DNA of 64,000 bases from an uncultured Oscillospiraceae bacterium (GTDB taxonomy: Bacteria; Bacillota; Clostridia; Christensenellales; CAG-138), in contig CAYTHS010000002.1 of NCBI GenBank assembly GCA_964437665.1, positions 315-64,314 of the forward strand, given 5' to 3'. Position 1 is the first letter of the stretch. Every line of letters begins with the position of its first letter. Shown piece after piece: positions 1-9,200 of this stretch. The notes beneath the pieces are model-generated. The model ran no database searches. It saw only the letters and a list, made by a program, of their open reading frames with translations, and was not told the origin of the DNA. The translations under genes and the position numbers were made by a program.

Positions 1-747
1 TTTGTGGGCGACCCGGCGGGCGCGGAGGAAGCGGCCGTCCGGCTCGCCAAAGCTGCGACGGCAAAAATCGACATGACGAAGCACCGCGGCGAGCACCCGC
101 GCATGGGCGCGGTGGACGTGATCCCCTTTATCCCCATCCGCGAGACGAGCATGGAGGAGTGCGTTGCGCTTTCGCGCCGCGCGGGCGAACGCATCTGGCG
201 CGAGGCGGGTATCCCGGCGTTTTTGTATGAAGCCTCCGCAACCGCGCCGAACCGTGAGAACCTCGCGGCCATCCGAAAAGGGCAGTTTGAGGGCATGCCG
301 GAAAAGGTGCTGCAGCCCGAATGGGAGCCGGACTTCGGTGGACGGAAAATCCATCCGACCGCGGGCGTGGTCGCCGTCGGCGCGCGCGCGCCGCTGATTG
401 CGTTTAACATCAATCTTTCCACGTCCGACGTGACGATTGCGGACAAAATCGCGCGGGTCGTGCGGTATTCCGGCGGCGGGCTGAGCTGCGTTAAGGCCAT
501 CGGCGTGCTGCTTAAGGAGCGGAACACAGCGCAGGTTTCCATCAACATGACAAACTACTGCAACACGCCGCTTTACCGCGTGCTGGAGTTTGTGCGCTTC
601 GAGGCAGCGCGCTACGGCGTGCGCGTAATCGGCACGGAGGTCGTCGGGCTTGTGCCCATGCGCGCGCTGATCGACAGCGCGGAATACTATCTCGGCATTG
701 AAAACTTCGAGCCGGAAAAGCAGGTGCTCGAATACCGGCTGGAATAA
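1..747 (+). CDS. ftcD: glutamate formimidoyltransferase, 5' end cut by window edge
   Basis: Frame-1 ORF is open to base 1. Blocks HRGEHPRMGAVDVIPFIPI and GGGLSCVKAIGV are typical of formiminotransferase. Lies directly upstream of hutI. Confidence 0.8.
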   Translation, partial: FVGDPAGAEEAAVRLAKAATAKIDMTKHRGEHPRMGAVDVIPFIPIRETSMEECVALSRRAGERIWREAGIPAFLYEASATAPNRENLAAIRKGQFEGMPEKVLQPEWEPDFGGRKIHPTAGVVAVGARAPLIAFNINLSTSDVTIADKIARVVRYSGGGLSCVKAIGVLLKERNTAQVSINMTNYCNTPLYRVLEFVRFEAARYGVRVIGTEVVGLVPMRALIDSAEYYLGIENFEPEKQVLEYRLE

Positions 748-767
748 CGTTTGTTTCGGGAGAAAAC

Positions 768-2003
768 ATGCTGCTGATTCGCAATATCGGCCTTTTGCAG
801 ACCCCGCTCGGCAAGGTGAGCCGAAGGGGACGCGCACAGGGGGAAAACCGCAAATACAGAAACGCCTGCGTGCTGCTCGACGGTGGACGCATTGCCGCCG
901 TGACCGAAAACGGCGCGGCGCCGGACTGCCCCGCGGGCACGGAGGAGCTGGACGCGGGCGGACGGTTCGCCACCCCCGGCTGGATCGACGCGCATACCCA
1001 CCTCGTGTTCGGCGGCTGGCGGCAGCATGAAGTGCCGCTTAAACTCAAAGGCGCGAGCTATCTGGAAATCCTGCAGTCCGGCGGCGGTATTCTGGACACC
1101 GTCCAAAAGACGCGCGCGGCAAGCGAGGACGCGCTTTTCGAGCGTGCGTCCGGTTTTCTGGACGAACAGCTTTCGCTTGGTGTAACGGTCACGGAGATCA
1201 AGAGCGGATACGGACTCGACCTGGAGAACGAACTGAAGCAGCTACGCGTGATTGGAAGACTTGGCCAAACGCATCCGGTCGGCGTGGTGCCGACGTTTCT
1301 CGGCGCGCACGCCGTCCCGCCGGAATTTGCGGGCGACGCGAACGGATATGTCGATTTTGTGTGCGGGGAGGTCCTGCCGCGCGTGGCGGCGGAAAAACTG
1401 GCGAAATACTGCGACGTTTTCTGCGAAACCGGCGTGTTTTCGGCGGAGCAGAGCCGCCGGATTCTCGAAACGGCGCGCTCTCTCGGGCTGGGGTTGAAAA
1501 TCCACGCGGACGAGATCGATTCCCTCGGCGGAACGCGGCTTGCGGGCGAGCTTGGCGCGGTTTCCGCCGAACACCTGATCGCGACCACCGACGCGGACAT
1601 CGGCGCGCTGGCAGCGAGCGGCGTGACCGCCTGCCTGCTGCCGCAGACGTCTCTTTATCTGAATAAGCCGTTTGCACGCGCGCGGGAAATGATCGAACGC
1701 GGCGTGGCGGTCGCGGTGGCTTCGGACTTCAACCCCGGATCGTGCCCTTCGCTGAATCTGCAGTTTTGCGCGAACCTTGCGTATTTAAAATACCGCATGA
1801 CGCCGGAGGAAATTCTTACGGCGCTTACGCTCAACGCGGCCTGCGCCATCGGCCTTGGCGGCACGCAGGGCAGTGTCGAGCCGGGTAAGAGCGCCGACCT
1901 TGTGCTCTGGGATGCGGACGGCATGGAATACCTCTGCTACCGCATGGGGAGCAACCTTGCGAAAACGGTAATCAGGGACGGGAAAGTCGCGGTTGCCCGC
2001 TGA
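768..2003 (+). CDS. hutI: imidazolonepropionase
   Basis: 411 aa. Amidohydrolase metal motif DAHTHLVFGG, then SGYGLD and KIHADE blocks. Follows the formiminotransferase gene by 20 nt. Confidence 0.9.
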   Translation: MLLIRNIGLLQTPLGKVSRRGRAQGENRKYRNACVLLDGGRIAAVTENGAAPDCPAGTEELDAGGRFATPGWIDAHTHLVFGGWRQHEVPLKLKGASYLEILQSGGGILDTVQKTRAASEDALFERASGFLDEQLSLGVTVTEIKSGYGLDLENELKQLRVIGRLGQTHPVGVVPTFLGAHAVPPEFAGDANGYVDFVCGEVLPRVAAEKLAKYCDVFCETGVFSAEQSRRILETARSLGLGLKIHADEIDSLGGTRLAGELGAVSAEHLIATTDADIGALAASGVTACLLPQTSLYLNKPFARAREMIERGVAVAVASDFNPGSCPSLNLQFCANLAYLKYRMTPEEILTALTLNAACAIGLGGTQGSVEPGKSADLVLWDADGMEYLCYRMGSNLAKTVIRDGKVAVAR

Positions 2004-2208
2004 CGTTTTCGTTTGGCCCGCAAGAGCGCTTTGCAGGGAATCCGCCCTGCACCGCACCCAAGGGACAAGTACACTGGGAATTCCGGATTGTTTTCAAAAA
2101 AAGGCGTGTTTTTTAGTCGTTTTGGCCCTAAACGGTGGTTTGGAACCGGATCGTCCAGCATCGATTCTTTATCGACAGACAAAGGCGGGAAGCAAATTTG
2201 CTTCCCGT

Positions 2209-2401
2209 GAGACCGTCAAAAAACTTGTTTATTGACGGGATAACCGCTCTTTGCCTCTCGTCCTTCGGACTCCCGGGCGGCAAAGAGCACAGAGAAACCG
2301 CCCGTTCCGGGCGATCCGTTCCGCCGGATGAACCGGCGCAGCCGGAAAAGCGGGTTAAGGGCTGTGGCCCTTAACAATCCCAAGGACTTTTTTGACAGGC
2401 T
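2209..2401 (+). repeat. copy A of a ~160-190-nt structured intergenic repeat with short terminal inverted repeats, flanked by a perfect 25-bp direct repeat (2184-2208 and 2402-2426)
   Basis: Long shared blocks with 16256-16415 and with the reverse complement of 50810-50986. Ends are CCGTCAAAAAA ... TTTTTTGACAGG. The flanking GGCGGGAAGCAAATTTGCTTCCCGT is duplicated exactly. Confidence 0.85.
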
Positions 2402-2453
2402 GGCGGGAAGCAAATTTGCTTCCCGTCTTCGTTATCTCACCGCGTGAAATTTG

Positions 2454-3959
2454 TCAGATCGTTTTAAGCTTGCTCGTGTCCAGCTTGTCGAACGCCATGA
2501 GGAACGCATAGAGTTTTTGCGCAATGACATGCACGCCCCCGACGCTGTTGCTCTCGATGTTGAGCGGCATGAGCGGGTCGTGCAGGGACATCCGCAGCAG
2601 GAACCACCCGTCGCCGTCGTCCGCGCCGAACGAAACGCGCAGGCCTTCGTGGTTTTCTTTGGCCACGCCCCAGCCCTGCTCTTTGGCATATTCGCCGAGG
2701 TCGCGCAGCAGGCCGTTGCCGTATGCCTGACAGTCCGCGCAGGAGAGGTTCATGCGCACCTCGGTGCTTTCTGTGGGTTCGGCGAGCGAGTCGATGAGCG
2801 AAAACAGCGTGCGTCCTTCCTTTTTGAGCTGTGCCATTTTGATGAGCAGCTTGGTGATGAGGAACGCTCCGTCGTCGAGAAAATAGTTTTCCTTGAGCGC
2901 GCCGTGGCCGGATGTCTCGATGGCGAGCTGGCAGTCGCGGCCTTCGTTATTGATGCGGATGGCTTCGTCGATGACGTTTTTATAACCGCGCTTAAAGCGA
3001 TGGTGCACGCCGCCTTTTGCGGCGATGAACGCAGCGAGTCCGCTGGACGTGATGGAGTCCGTCACGATGGTCGTGCCAGGGTGCTCTTCAAGAAGCACGG
3101 CGGAGATCAGCGCAATCAGGCGGTTGCGGTTGATTTCGCGGCCGTCCGCGGCGACCGCGCCCGCGCGGTCCACGTCCGTATCGAAAATGACGCCCATATC
3201 GGCGTGATTTTCCAGCACGCAGGCGGTGACCGCTTTCATGGCCTCTTCGTTTTCCGGGTTCGGCGCGTGGTTCGGGAACATGCCGTCCGGATCCAGAAAC
3301 TGACTGCCGCTCGTGTCCGCGCCGAGCGGAACAAGCACTTTGTCCACAAAGAAGCCGCCCGCGCCGTTGCCCGCGTCCACTATGACGTGGAATCCCTTGA
3401 GTGGATGGTCGTAGTCCGGCGCATTCACGCTCTTTCGGATGCGCTCGACCAGACCGGCGGCATACACGGAAAGGAAATCGACCTGGGCGAGGCTGCCGCG
3501 TTCCATCGCCGGAATATATGCGTTTTCCTGCGCGCGTGCCAGAATGGAGGCAATCTCAACTTTTTCCAGTCCGCCGTCGCGCGTGAAAAACTTGATGCCG
3601 TTGCGGTTCCAGGGCAGGTGGCTTGCGGTGAGCATGATCGCTCCGTCGAACGCGTATCCCGGCGTGACGGTACTCATAAACATGCTCGGCGTGCTGGCCA
3701 TTCCGAAATCGGCGAGGTCCGCGCCCATGGATAAAACGCCTTCTGCAGCGGCGGAAAGCAGCCGTTCCCCGGAAAGCCGGGAATCGCGTCCGATCGAAAG
3801 CCGAAGGTCGCTTTTATTGAACTTCTCCTGCAGAAACAGGACGAACGCTTTTGCGATGTTCGTGACGGCCTCGTCCGTCAGATTCACAGGCTGCCCCTCG
3901 ACGCCTTCCATTGCGACGCCGCGGATATCGCTGCCGTTTTGCAGTTTCCGATATTCCAT
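2454..3959 (-). CDS. alpha-D-phosphohexomutase family (phosphoglucomutase/phosphomannomutase)
   Basis: 501 aa. Active-site serine loop TASHLPWNRNGIKF and Mg-binding loop FDTDVDRAG. Confidence 0.85.
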   Translation of the reverse strand: MEYRKLQNGSDIRGVAMEGVEGQPVNLTDEAVTNIAKAFVLFLQEKFNKSDLRLSIGRDSRLSGERLLSAAAEGVLSMGADLADFGMASTPSMFMSTVTPGYAFDGAIMLTASHLPWNRNGIKFFTRDGGLEKVEIASILARAQENAYIPAMERGSLAQVDFLSVYAAGLVERIRKSVNAPDYDHPLKGFHVIVDAGNGAGGFFVDKVLVPLGADTSGSQFLDPDGMFPNHAPNPENEEAMKAVTACVLENHADMGVIFDTDVDRAGAVAADGREINRNRLIALISAVLLEEHPGTTIVTDSITSSGLAAFIAAKGGVHHRFKRGYKNVIDEAIRINNEGRDCQLAIETSGHGALKENYFLDDGAFLITKLLIKMAQLKKEGRTLFSLIDSLAEPTESTEVRMNLSCADCQAYGNGLLRDLGEYAKEQGWGVAKENHEGLRVSFGADDGDGWFLLRMSLHDPLMPLNIESNSVGGVHVIAQKLYAFLMAFDKLDTSKLKTI

Positions 3960-4167
3960 TTGTCAAATCTCCCCGCTTTCTCGTGGATTTGCCCGCCCGG
4001 GACACAGTGCCGGAAACGGGCGAAATAGCCGAATTTTTCTCAAATATATTGTCGCATCAGCCGAAGGGTTTGTCAATCGAGCCGGACGGCGCGTCGCGAC
4101 GGAACAACTGGAACGAGAACGCAAAACATGGTATTCTATAATCAGGAAAAAAAGGAGTCATTTTAGC

Positions 4168-5337
4168 ATGCGCATCGGCATCCTGGGAGGCACGTTCAAC
4201 CCCGTTCACAGCGCGCACGTGCAGATGGCGCGTATTGCGCGGGACGAAGCGGCGCTGGATTTGGTGCTTCTTATGGTCGCGGCGGACCCGCCGCATAAGC
4301 GCGTTGAAGGCGAAGTGCCCGCAGCAAAGCGCCTTGAAATGGTGCGGCTTGCCGTTGCGAACAAGACAGATATTGAACCAAGCGACCTTGAAATCAAGCG
4401 CGGCGGCAAGAGCTATACCCTCGATACGCTCGATGAACTCAAAGCGCTCTACCCGCAGGCGGAGCTGAGCCTGATCGTCGGCAGCGACATGCTTGCCGAC
4501 CTGCCGAACTGGCACCGCCCGCAGGACGTACTCGACCGCGCGGACGTGCTTTGCGTACCGCGCGTGGGACTGCACCTCGACGAGCGCAAAATTGCCGGAG
4601 AACTCGCGCTGCGCTATGGCGCGCGTGTGCGGGCGCTAAAAGGAAAGGCGGAACAAATTTCATCCACGCAGGTGCGCGACCTGCTGGAAGCCGGACGCAG
4701 CGTTTCCGGCCTGCTGCCGGAAACGGTGGAGCAGGCCTGCTATGAAAGCGGCGTATATTTCCCGGCGGACGTGCGCGCGCTGCAGGATAAACTCCGCGCG
4801 GCGCTTACGCCCAAGCGGTACCGGCATGTCTGCGGTACGATGCGCGCGGCGGCGATGCTGTCCGGTCTTTGGGGGCAGGACCCGGAGAAACTGCGCATTG
4901 CCGCGCTGCTGCACGACTGCGCAAAGTGCCTGGACCCGCTGGAGCAGGAGGTGCTCTCCGGCGACGACACGGGGATCGAGGCGGTCTATCATGCGTTTGC
5001 GGGCGCGGTGCTGGCCAAAACAGAGTATGGTATCACGGACGAAACCATCCTTCGCGCAATCCGCCTGCACACCACCGGGGAAGCGGGAATGGCGGACTTC
5101 GACGCGGCGGTTTACGCGGCGGACCTGATCGAGCCGACGCGCGCGTTTCCCGGCGTTGAAGGATACCGAAAGCGCATTTCGCTGGGGATCGATGAATTCA
5201 TGGTGTATGCGCTCAAACGTGTTGCGCGGTTCATCGGCACTTCGGACAAGACGTTCCATCCCGCCACGCGGCGTGCGTTGGATTATTACAAAAAGAAACG
5301 ATCTGCAAATAAAAAGAAAGTGGAGGGAAGCCATTGA
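4168..5337 (+). CDS. nadD: nicotinate-nucleotide adenylyltransferase fused to a YqeK-like HD-domain phosphohydrolase
   Basis: ATG at 4168 follows the RBS AAAGGAG. N-terminal GGTFNPVHSAHV nucleotidyltransferase motif. The C-terminal half has HD-domain signatures (LLHDCAK, HTTG). The upstream part of the 632-aa track ORF overlaps the antisense phosphohexomutase gene and is rejected. Confidence 0.85.
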   Translation: MRIGILGGTFNPVHSAHVQMARIARDEAALDLVLLMVAADPPHKRVEGEVPAAKRLEMVRLAVANKTDIEPSDLEIKRGGKSYTLDTLDELKALYPQAELSLIVGSDMLADLPNWHRPQDVLDRADVLCVPRVGLHLDERKIAGELALRYGARVRALKGKAEQISSTQVRDLLEAGRSVSGLLPETVEQACYESGVYFPADVRALQDKLRAALTPKRYRHVCGTMRAAAMLSGLWGQDPEKLRIAALLHDCAKCLDPLEQEVLSGDDTGIEAVYHAFAGAVLAKTEYGITDETILRAIRLHTTGEAGMADFDAAVYAADLIEPTRAFPGVEGYRKRISLGIDEFMVYALKRVARFIGTSDKTFHPATRRALDYYKKKRSANKKKVEGSH

Positions 5338-5705
5338 GCGAAACCATTCGGCGGCAGGTTGAAGGGATTTGCGAGATCCTTTATAACAAGAAGGCGCAGG
5401 ACATCGTGGCCATCCATGTGGCGGACAAGACGATCGTTGCGGACTGGTTCGTCATCTGCAGCGGTCGTGCCGTGTCCCAGGTGAAGGCGTTGAGCGACGA
5501 AATCGATGAAAAGGCGGAAACGCTCGGACTGGCGCTGCGCAGGAGCGAAGGATATTCCGAGGGCAAATGGATTGTGCTGGACTACGCGGACATACTCGTG
5601 CATATTTTTTACCCGGAGGAGCGCAAATATTATAATATGGAGCGCCTCTGGGACGAGGACGAGAGCGCGATTTACTATTCCAGACAGATGGAAGAAAAGG
5701 CATAA
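5334..5705 (+). CDS. rsfS: ribosome silencing factor RsfS
   Basis: 123 aa with ADWFVICSG...WIVLDYADILVHIF, characteristic of RsfS. Overlaps the nadD-yqeK stop by 4 nt (classical operon order). Confidence 0.9.
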   Translation: MSETIRRQVEGICEILYNKKAQDIVAIHVADKTIVADWFVICSGRAVSQVKALSDEIDEKAETLGLALRRSEGYSEGKWIVLDYADILVHIFYPEERKYYNMERLWDEDESAIYYSRQMEEKA

Positions 5706-5736
5706 GCTCCAGAATAAGGAAACGGAGGGCTGCCGC

Positions 5737-5949
5737 ATGAAGTCGGAAGAACTTATCGGCATCGTCAGGCGGTTTGCGGAATCCGGCTGGGATCTGATCT
5801 CCATCCCGGCGCAGCGGTATCTGAACGGAGAGGACTGCAATGATACGCTCGTGGCGGCCGTCCGCGCGGCAGATGCGGCGTGCGGCGGCTGTGGGTGCGA
5901 TTACGACGCGCTCTACAAGCGCTTTCTTGAATTGCAAGACGCGCTGTGA
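5737..5949 (+). CDS. small hypothetical protein (70 aa, CGGCGCD motif)
   Basis: ATG preceded by AGGAAACGGAGGG. No family recognised. Coding status uncertain. Confidence 0.35.
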   Translation: MKSEELIGIVRRFAESGWDLISIPAQRYLNGEDCNDTLVAAVRAADAACGGCGCDYDALYKRFLELQDAL

Positions 5950-6116
5950 AATCGTGTGCCGGCAGACCCAAAAACATAGTGCATGAGAAACCTGCGGGTT
6001 CCGTGGGTTTTTCTTTCTTATGCTGCGTTTTTTGACGACGCTATAAACAAAATGGAAATTAAATGCAACGATTTACCGTTTTATGGAGTGTTCCTTATGA
6101 GGGCGGACAAAGGCGT

Positions 6117-6145
6117 TTGCAATGGAAAATCGATTGTGGCATACT
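6117..6145 (+). promoter_or_regulatory. sigma-70-type promoter candidate for the surface-protein gene
   Basis: TTGCAA, 17-nt spacer, CATACT. Confidence 0.45.
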
Positions 6146-6266
6146 GTGTCTATCAACCCGGTCCATCGCCGGACGGACTTGATTTTCAAAAATATTTCCG
6201 TACCCGCTACGCGCGGCGGAGCACTCGAATGCCCGTTTTCCGCACGCGGAAAGGAGCGCATAAACT

Positions 6267-9200
6267 ATGAAGTTTTTAAAATGGAATTTTCTGAAAGTGC
6301 TGGCGGCCTGTGCTGCCGCGCTGCTTCTCATCGGCCCTGCCGCCGCGCTGGCGGAAGGGGACAAGACGGCGGTGACGATCACCGGCGTGAGCGTGGAAAG
6401 CAAAACCTATGATGGCGCGCCCGTTTCGCCAAGCGGCGAGCCCGTTATCAAGGATGCGAGCGAAAACACAGTGACGATTGCTTCCGACGGGCTGGTGTAC
6501 GCCTACGCGAGCACGGACGGCGGGACTTACCTGGACACAACGCCGCCCACGAACGCCGGCGCGTATACGCTTACGATCTCCGTTTCCGGCGGCAACGCGA
6601 CCTATGAAGGGTCGAGCGAGCCGATTCCGTTTACGATCTCCAGGGCGGCGCTGAGCGTCAACCCGGACGGCGGCAAAACGCGCTATGCCGGGCTGAGCGA
6701 TCCCGCGTTTACGTTTTCCAGCGCCGGTCAGATTGCGGAAGAAACGCCCGCGTTCAGCGGCAGCCTGAGCGGCGAAGCGACGGCTTCCTCTGCGGAAGGC
6801 GTATATGACATTACGATCGGCACGCTTGCGCTTTCAGACAGCGGCGCGTTTCTCGCGGACAACTACACGCTTTCGCTTGCGCCCGACGCGGCTTACCGGG
6901 TGGTGAACTATCCGTCCGACGCGGCTGCGACGCTCGCGTCAACGAACCGCGCAACGAATGGAACCTATACCGGCGACGTCACGCTTAATGCACCGGACGG
7001 ATATGAAATCTCGTTCTCGTCCGCGGGCGAATGGGCGGCTTCCGCCACCAAGACGGACTGCGTGACCGGCGACAACGCCATCTATTATTATCTGCGTGTT
7101 TCCGGCGGGAGTTATGTCGGTGCAATCACCGAACGCAAAATGCTTTCGGCGCGATACGACGCGTCGGGCCCTGTCGTTTCGCTGTATTCTCCCACGACGG
7201 ACGCGGCGGTCTCCGGCAATCAGAAGATCATCCTTTCGCTTGACGAATATGCCGCAGCCGGTTCCGGCGCGAGCATAAATGTATCCGCGGGCGGTACGAC
7301 CTATACCGCCGAGGTGACGAACGCATCCGCCCTGGGCGGCGCGTCCGGCGGGCCCTGGTATTTCGTGTTCGATTTAAGCGATTTTTCACCGGCGCTTTCG
7401 CTGACGGCGGGTACGGTATATACGGTTACCGTCCCGGCGGGCACTTTTACCGATGCGACGGGCAACGGCAACGCGGAATTGAGCGCTGCGTTTACCACGT
7501 CCGCTTCCGGTGGGCATGCGGTCGTGTTTACGCAGGCCAACGGCCTTTTGAGCGTGCGGACGGGGACGGACGACGCCGTTGTGAGCGGACAGGCCGTAGC
7601 CGACGGTACGCAGTTGATCTTTGACGCGCCGGCGGAGGGTGGATATTCGCTGAACCGAACTATTTTGGAAGATGGGACGGAAAACGGGAGCGCCGAGTTA
7701 AGCGCCTATACGCTTTCGGGCGATCTGGAGGTGTATTATACCCGCGTGCTGTCGGATTTCAGCGGCACGGCGACAATTTCCGGAACCGTTAAGGCGGGAG
7801 AAACGCTGACGGGCGGGGTTGACGGAGCGAACCAGAGCGATTCGTCCGGGTGGACGTTTACCTGGGTGCGGCGTGACGGCGGCGTTGATACGCCGCTTGC
7901 CTCGGGCGGCAGCGGCACAAGCTATACGCTCACCGCGGCGGACGTTGGCAAGACGATCCGCCTGGCGGTAACGGACTCGGTCTGCGTTAACGGAGTTCTT
8001 TATAAAGAAACGGTGACCGTTGCAAAAGCGGACTACCAGGGCAGCGTGGTGGCGGCGCCGGCGATTGTGTCCCTTGGCGAAACCGACGTTACGCTTGCCT
8101 CTACCGACGGCTATGAGTATTCCCTTGGCGGCACAGCCTGGCAGGACAGTCCGTCGTTTTCCGGACTTGTAAGCGGCCAGAGATACGACTTTTATCAGCG
8201 CGTTAAAGCAACGGACACGGTGAATGCGTCTCCCGCAAGTGAAAAGACGAGTATCGGCACCGTTTCCGCACTGTCGGGCACGGTTTCCATCAGCGGAACG
8301 GCGCAGTCCGGCAGCCTTCTGACCGGAGCGATCGCGGATAGCAACAACACCGGCACGCTCACATATACCTGGAAGCGCGGAACCGCCACCGTCGGCACGG
8401 GCGCGACGTATACGCCCGCCGCCGCGGATATTGGCCAGACCCTCACGCTCGAGGTGACCAGCAGCGTGCAGACGGGGACGCGTTCTGCAACGAGCGCGGC
8501 GGTGCTCAAAGCGGTTTGTTCGCAGCCTGCACCCGCTGCGCCGGCGCTGGCAAGCGCAACCGCGACGAGCATTACGCTTACGGCGACGCCGGGGTATCAG
8601 TACTCGCTCGGCGGCACGGCCTGGCAGGATACGACGACGTTCCATAACCTTTCGATCGGCACGAGCTATACGTTTTATCAGCGCGTGAAGGAGACGGATA
8701 CCGAACTGAGTTCGGCGAGCAGCCCCGGCGCGACGTTTTCCACGCTGCCTGCGCTCAGCGGCGTGATCATGATTTCCGGCGAAGCACGTTACGGCATGAC
8801 GATTGTAGCGAGCCTTACCGATACCAACAACACCGGCACGCTGAGCTATACCTGGAAGCGCGGCACGCTTACGGTCGGCACCGGCGCGGCATATGCCGTC
8901 GGTGCGGTCGATATAGGCAATCAGCTTTCTCTTGAAGTGACGAGTTCCGAGCAGGGCGGCAGCATCACCCGTTCGTTCGGCACGGTGCAAAAAGCGTACT
9001 ATTTCGGAAACACGCCGGGCGCGCCAACGCGCGCCAGCCGCACCACGAGCAAAATTGTTCTCAAGAGCGTCGACGACTGCGAGTATTCCAGAAACGGCAC
9101 GACCTGGCAGGACAGCACGACGTTCTCCGGTTTGAGGTCCGGCACGACCTATACGTTTTACCAGCGCTATAAAGCGACCACCACAATGGAAGCATCCCCG

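Noticed and set aside
2216-2413. Short ORFs overlapping all three repeat copies encode similar peptides (LLRATALNPLF / LLRAAALNPFI / LLRAAARNPFF), which hints at a tiny conserved protein
   Set aside because: The similarity only reflects the DNA repeat. The reading frame is not maintained along the element in copy C. The start codon of the copy-A ORF lies in the flanking hairpin rather than in the element, and there is no RBS.
2451-3734. 427-aa plus-strand ORF
   Set aside because: Lies entirely antisense to the well-supported phosphohexomutase gene. Its Arg/Ala/Val/His-rich composition and lack of an RBS mark it as a typical high-GC shadow ORF.
3439-4167. N-terminal 243 codons of the 632-aa track ORF
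   Set aside because: This part overlaps the phosphohexomutase gene on the opposite strand and has low-complexity Ser/Arg/Pro content. A canonical RBS and ATG at 4168 begin the NadD motif.
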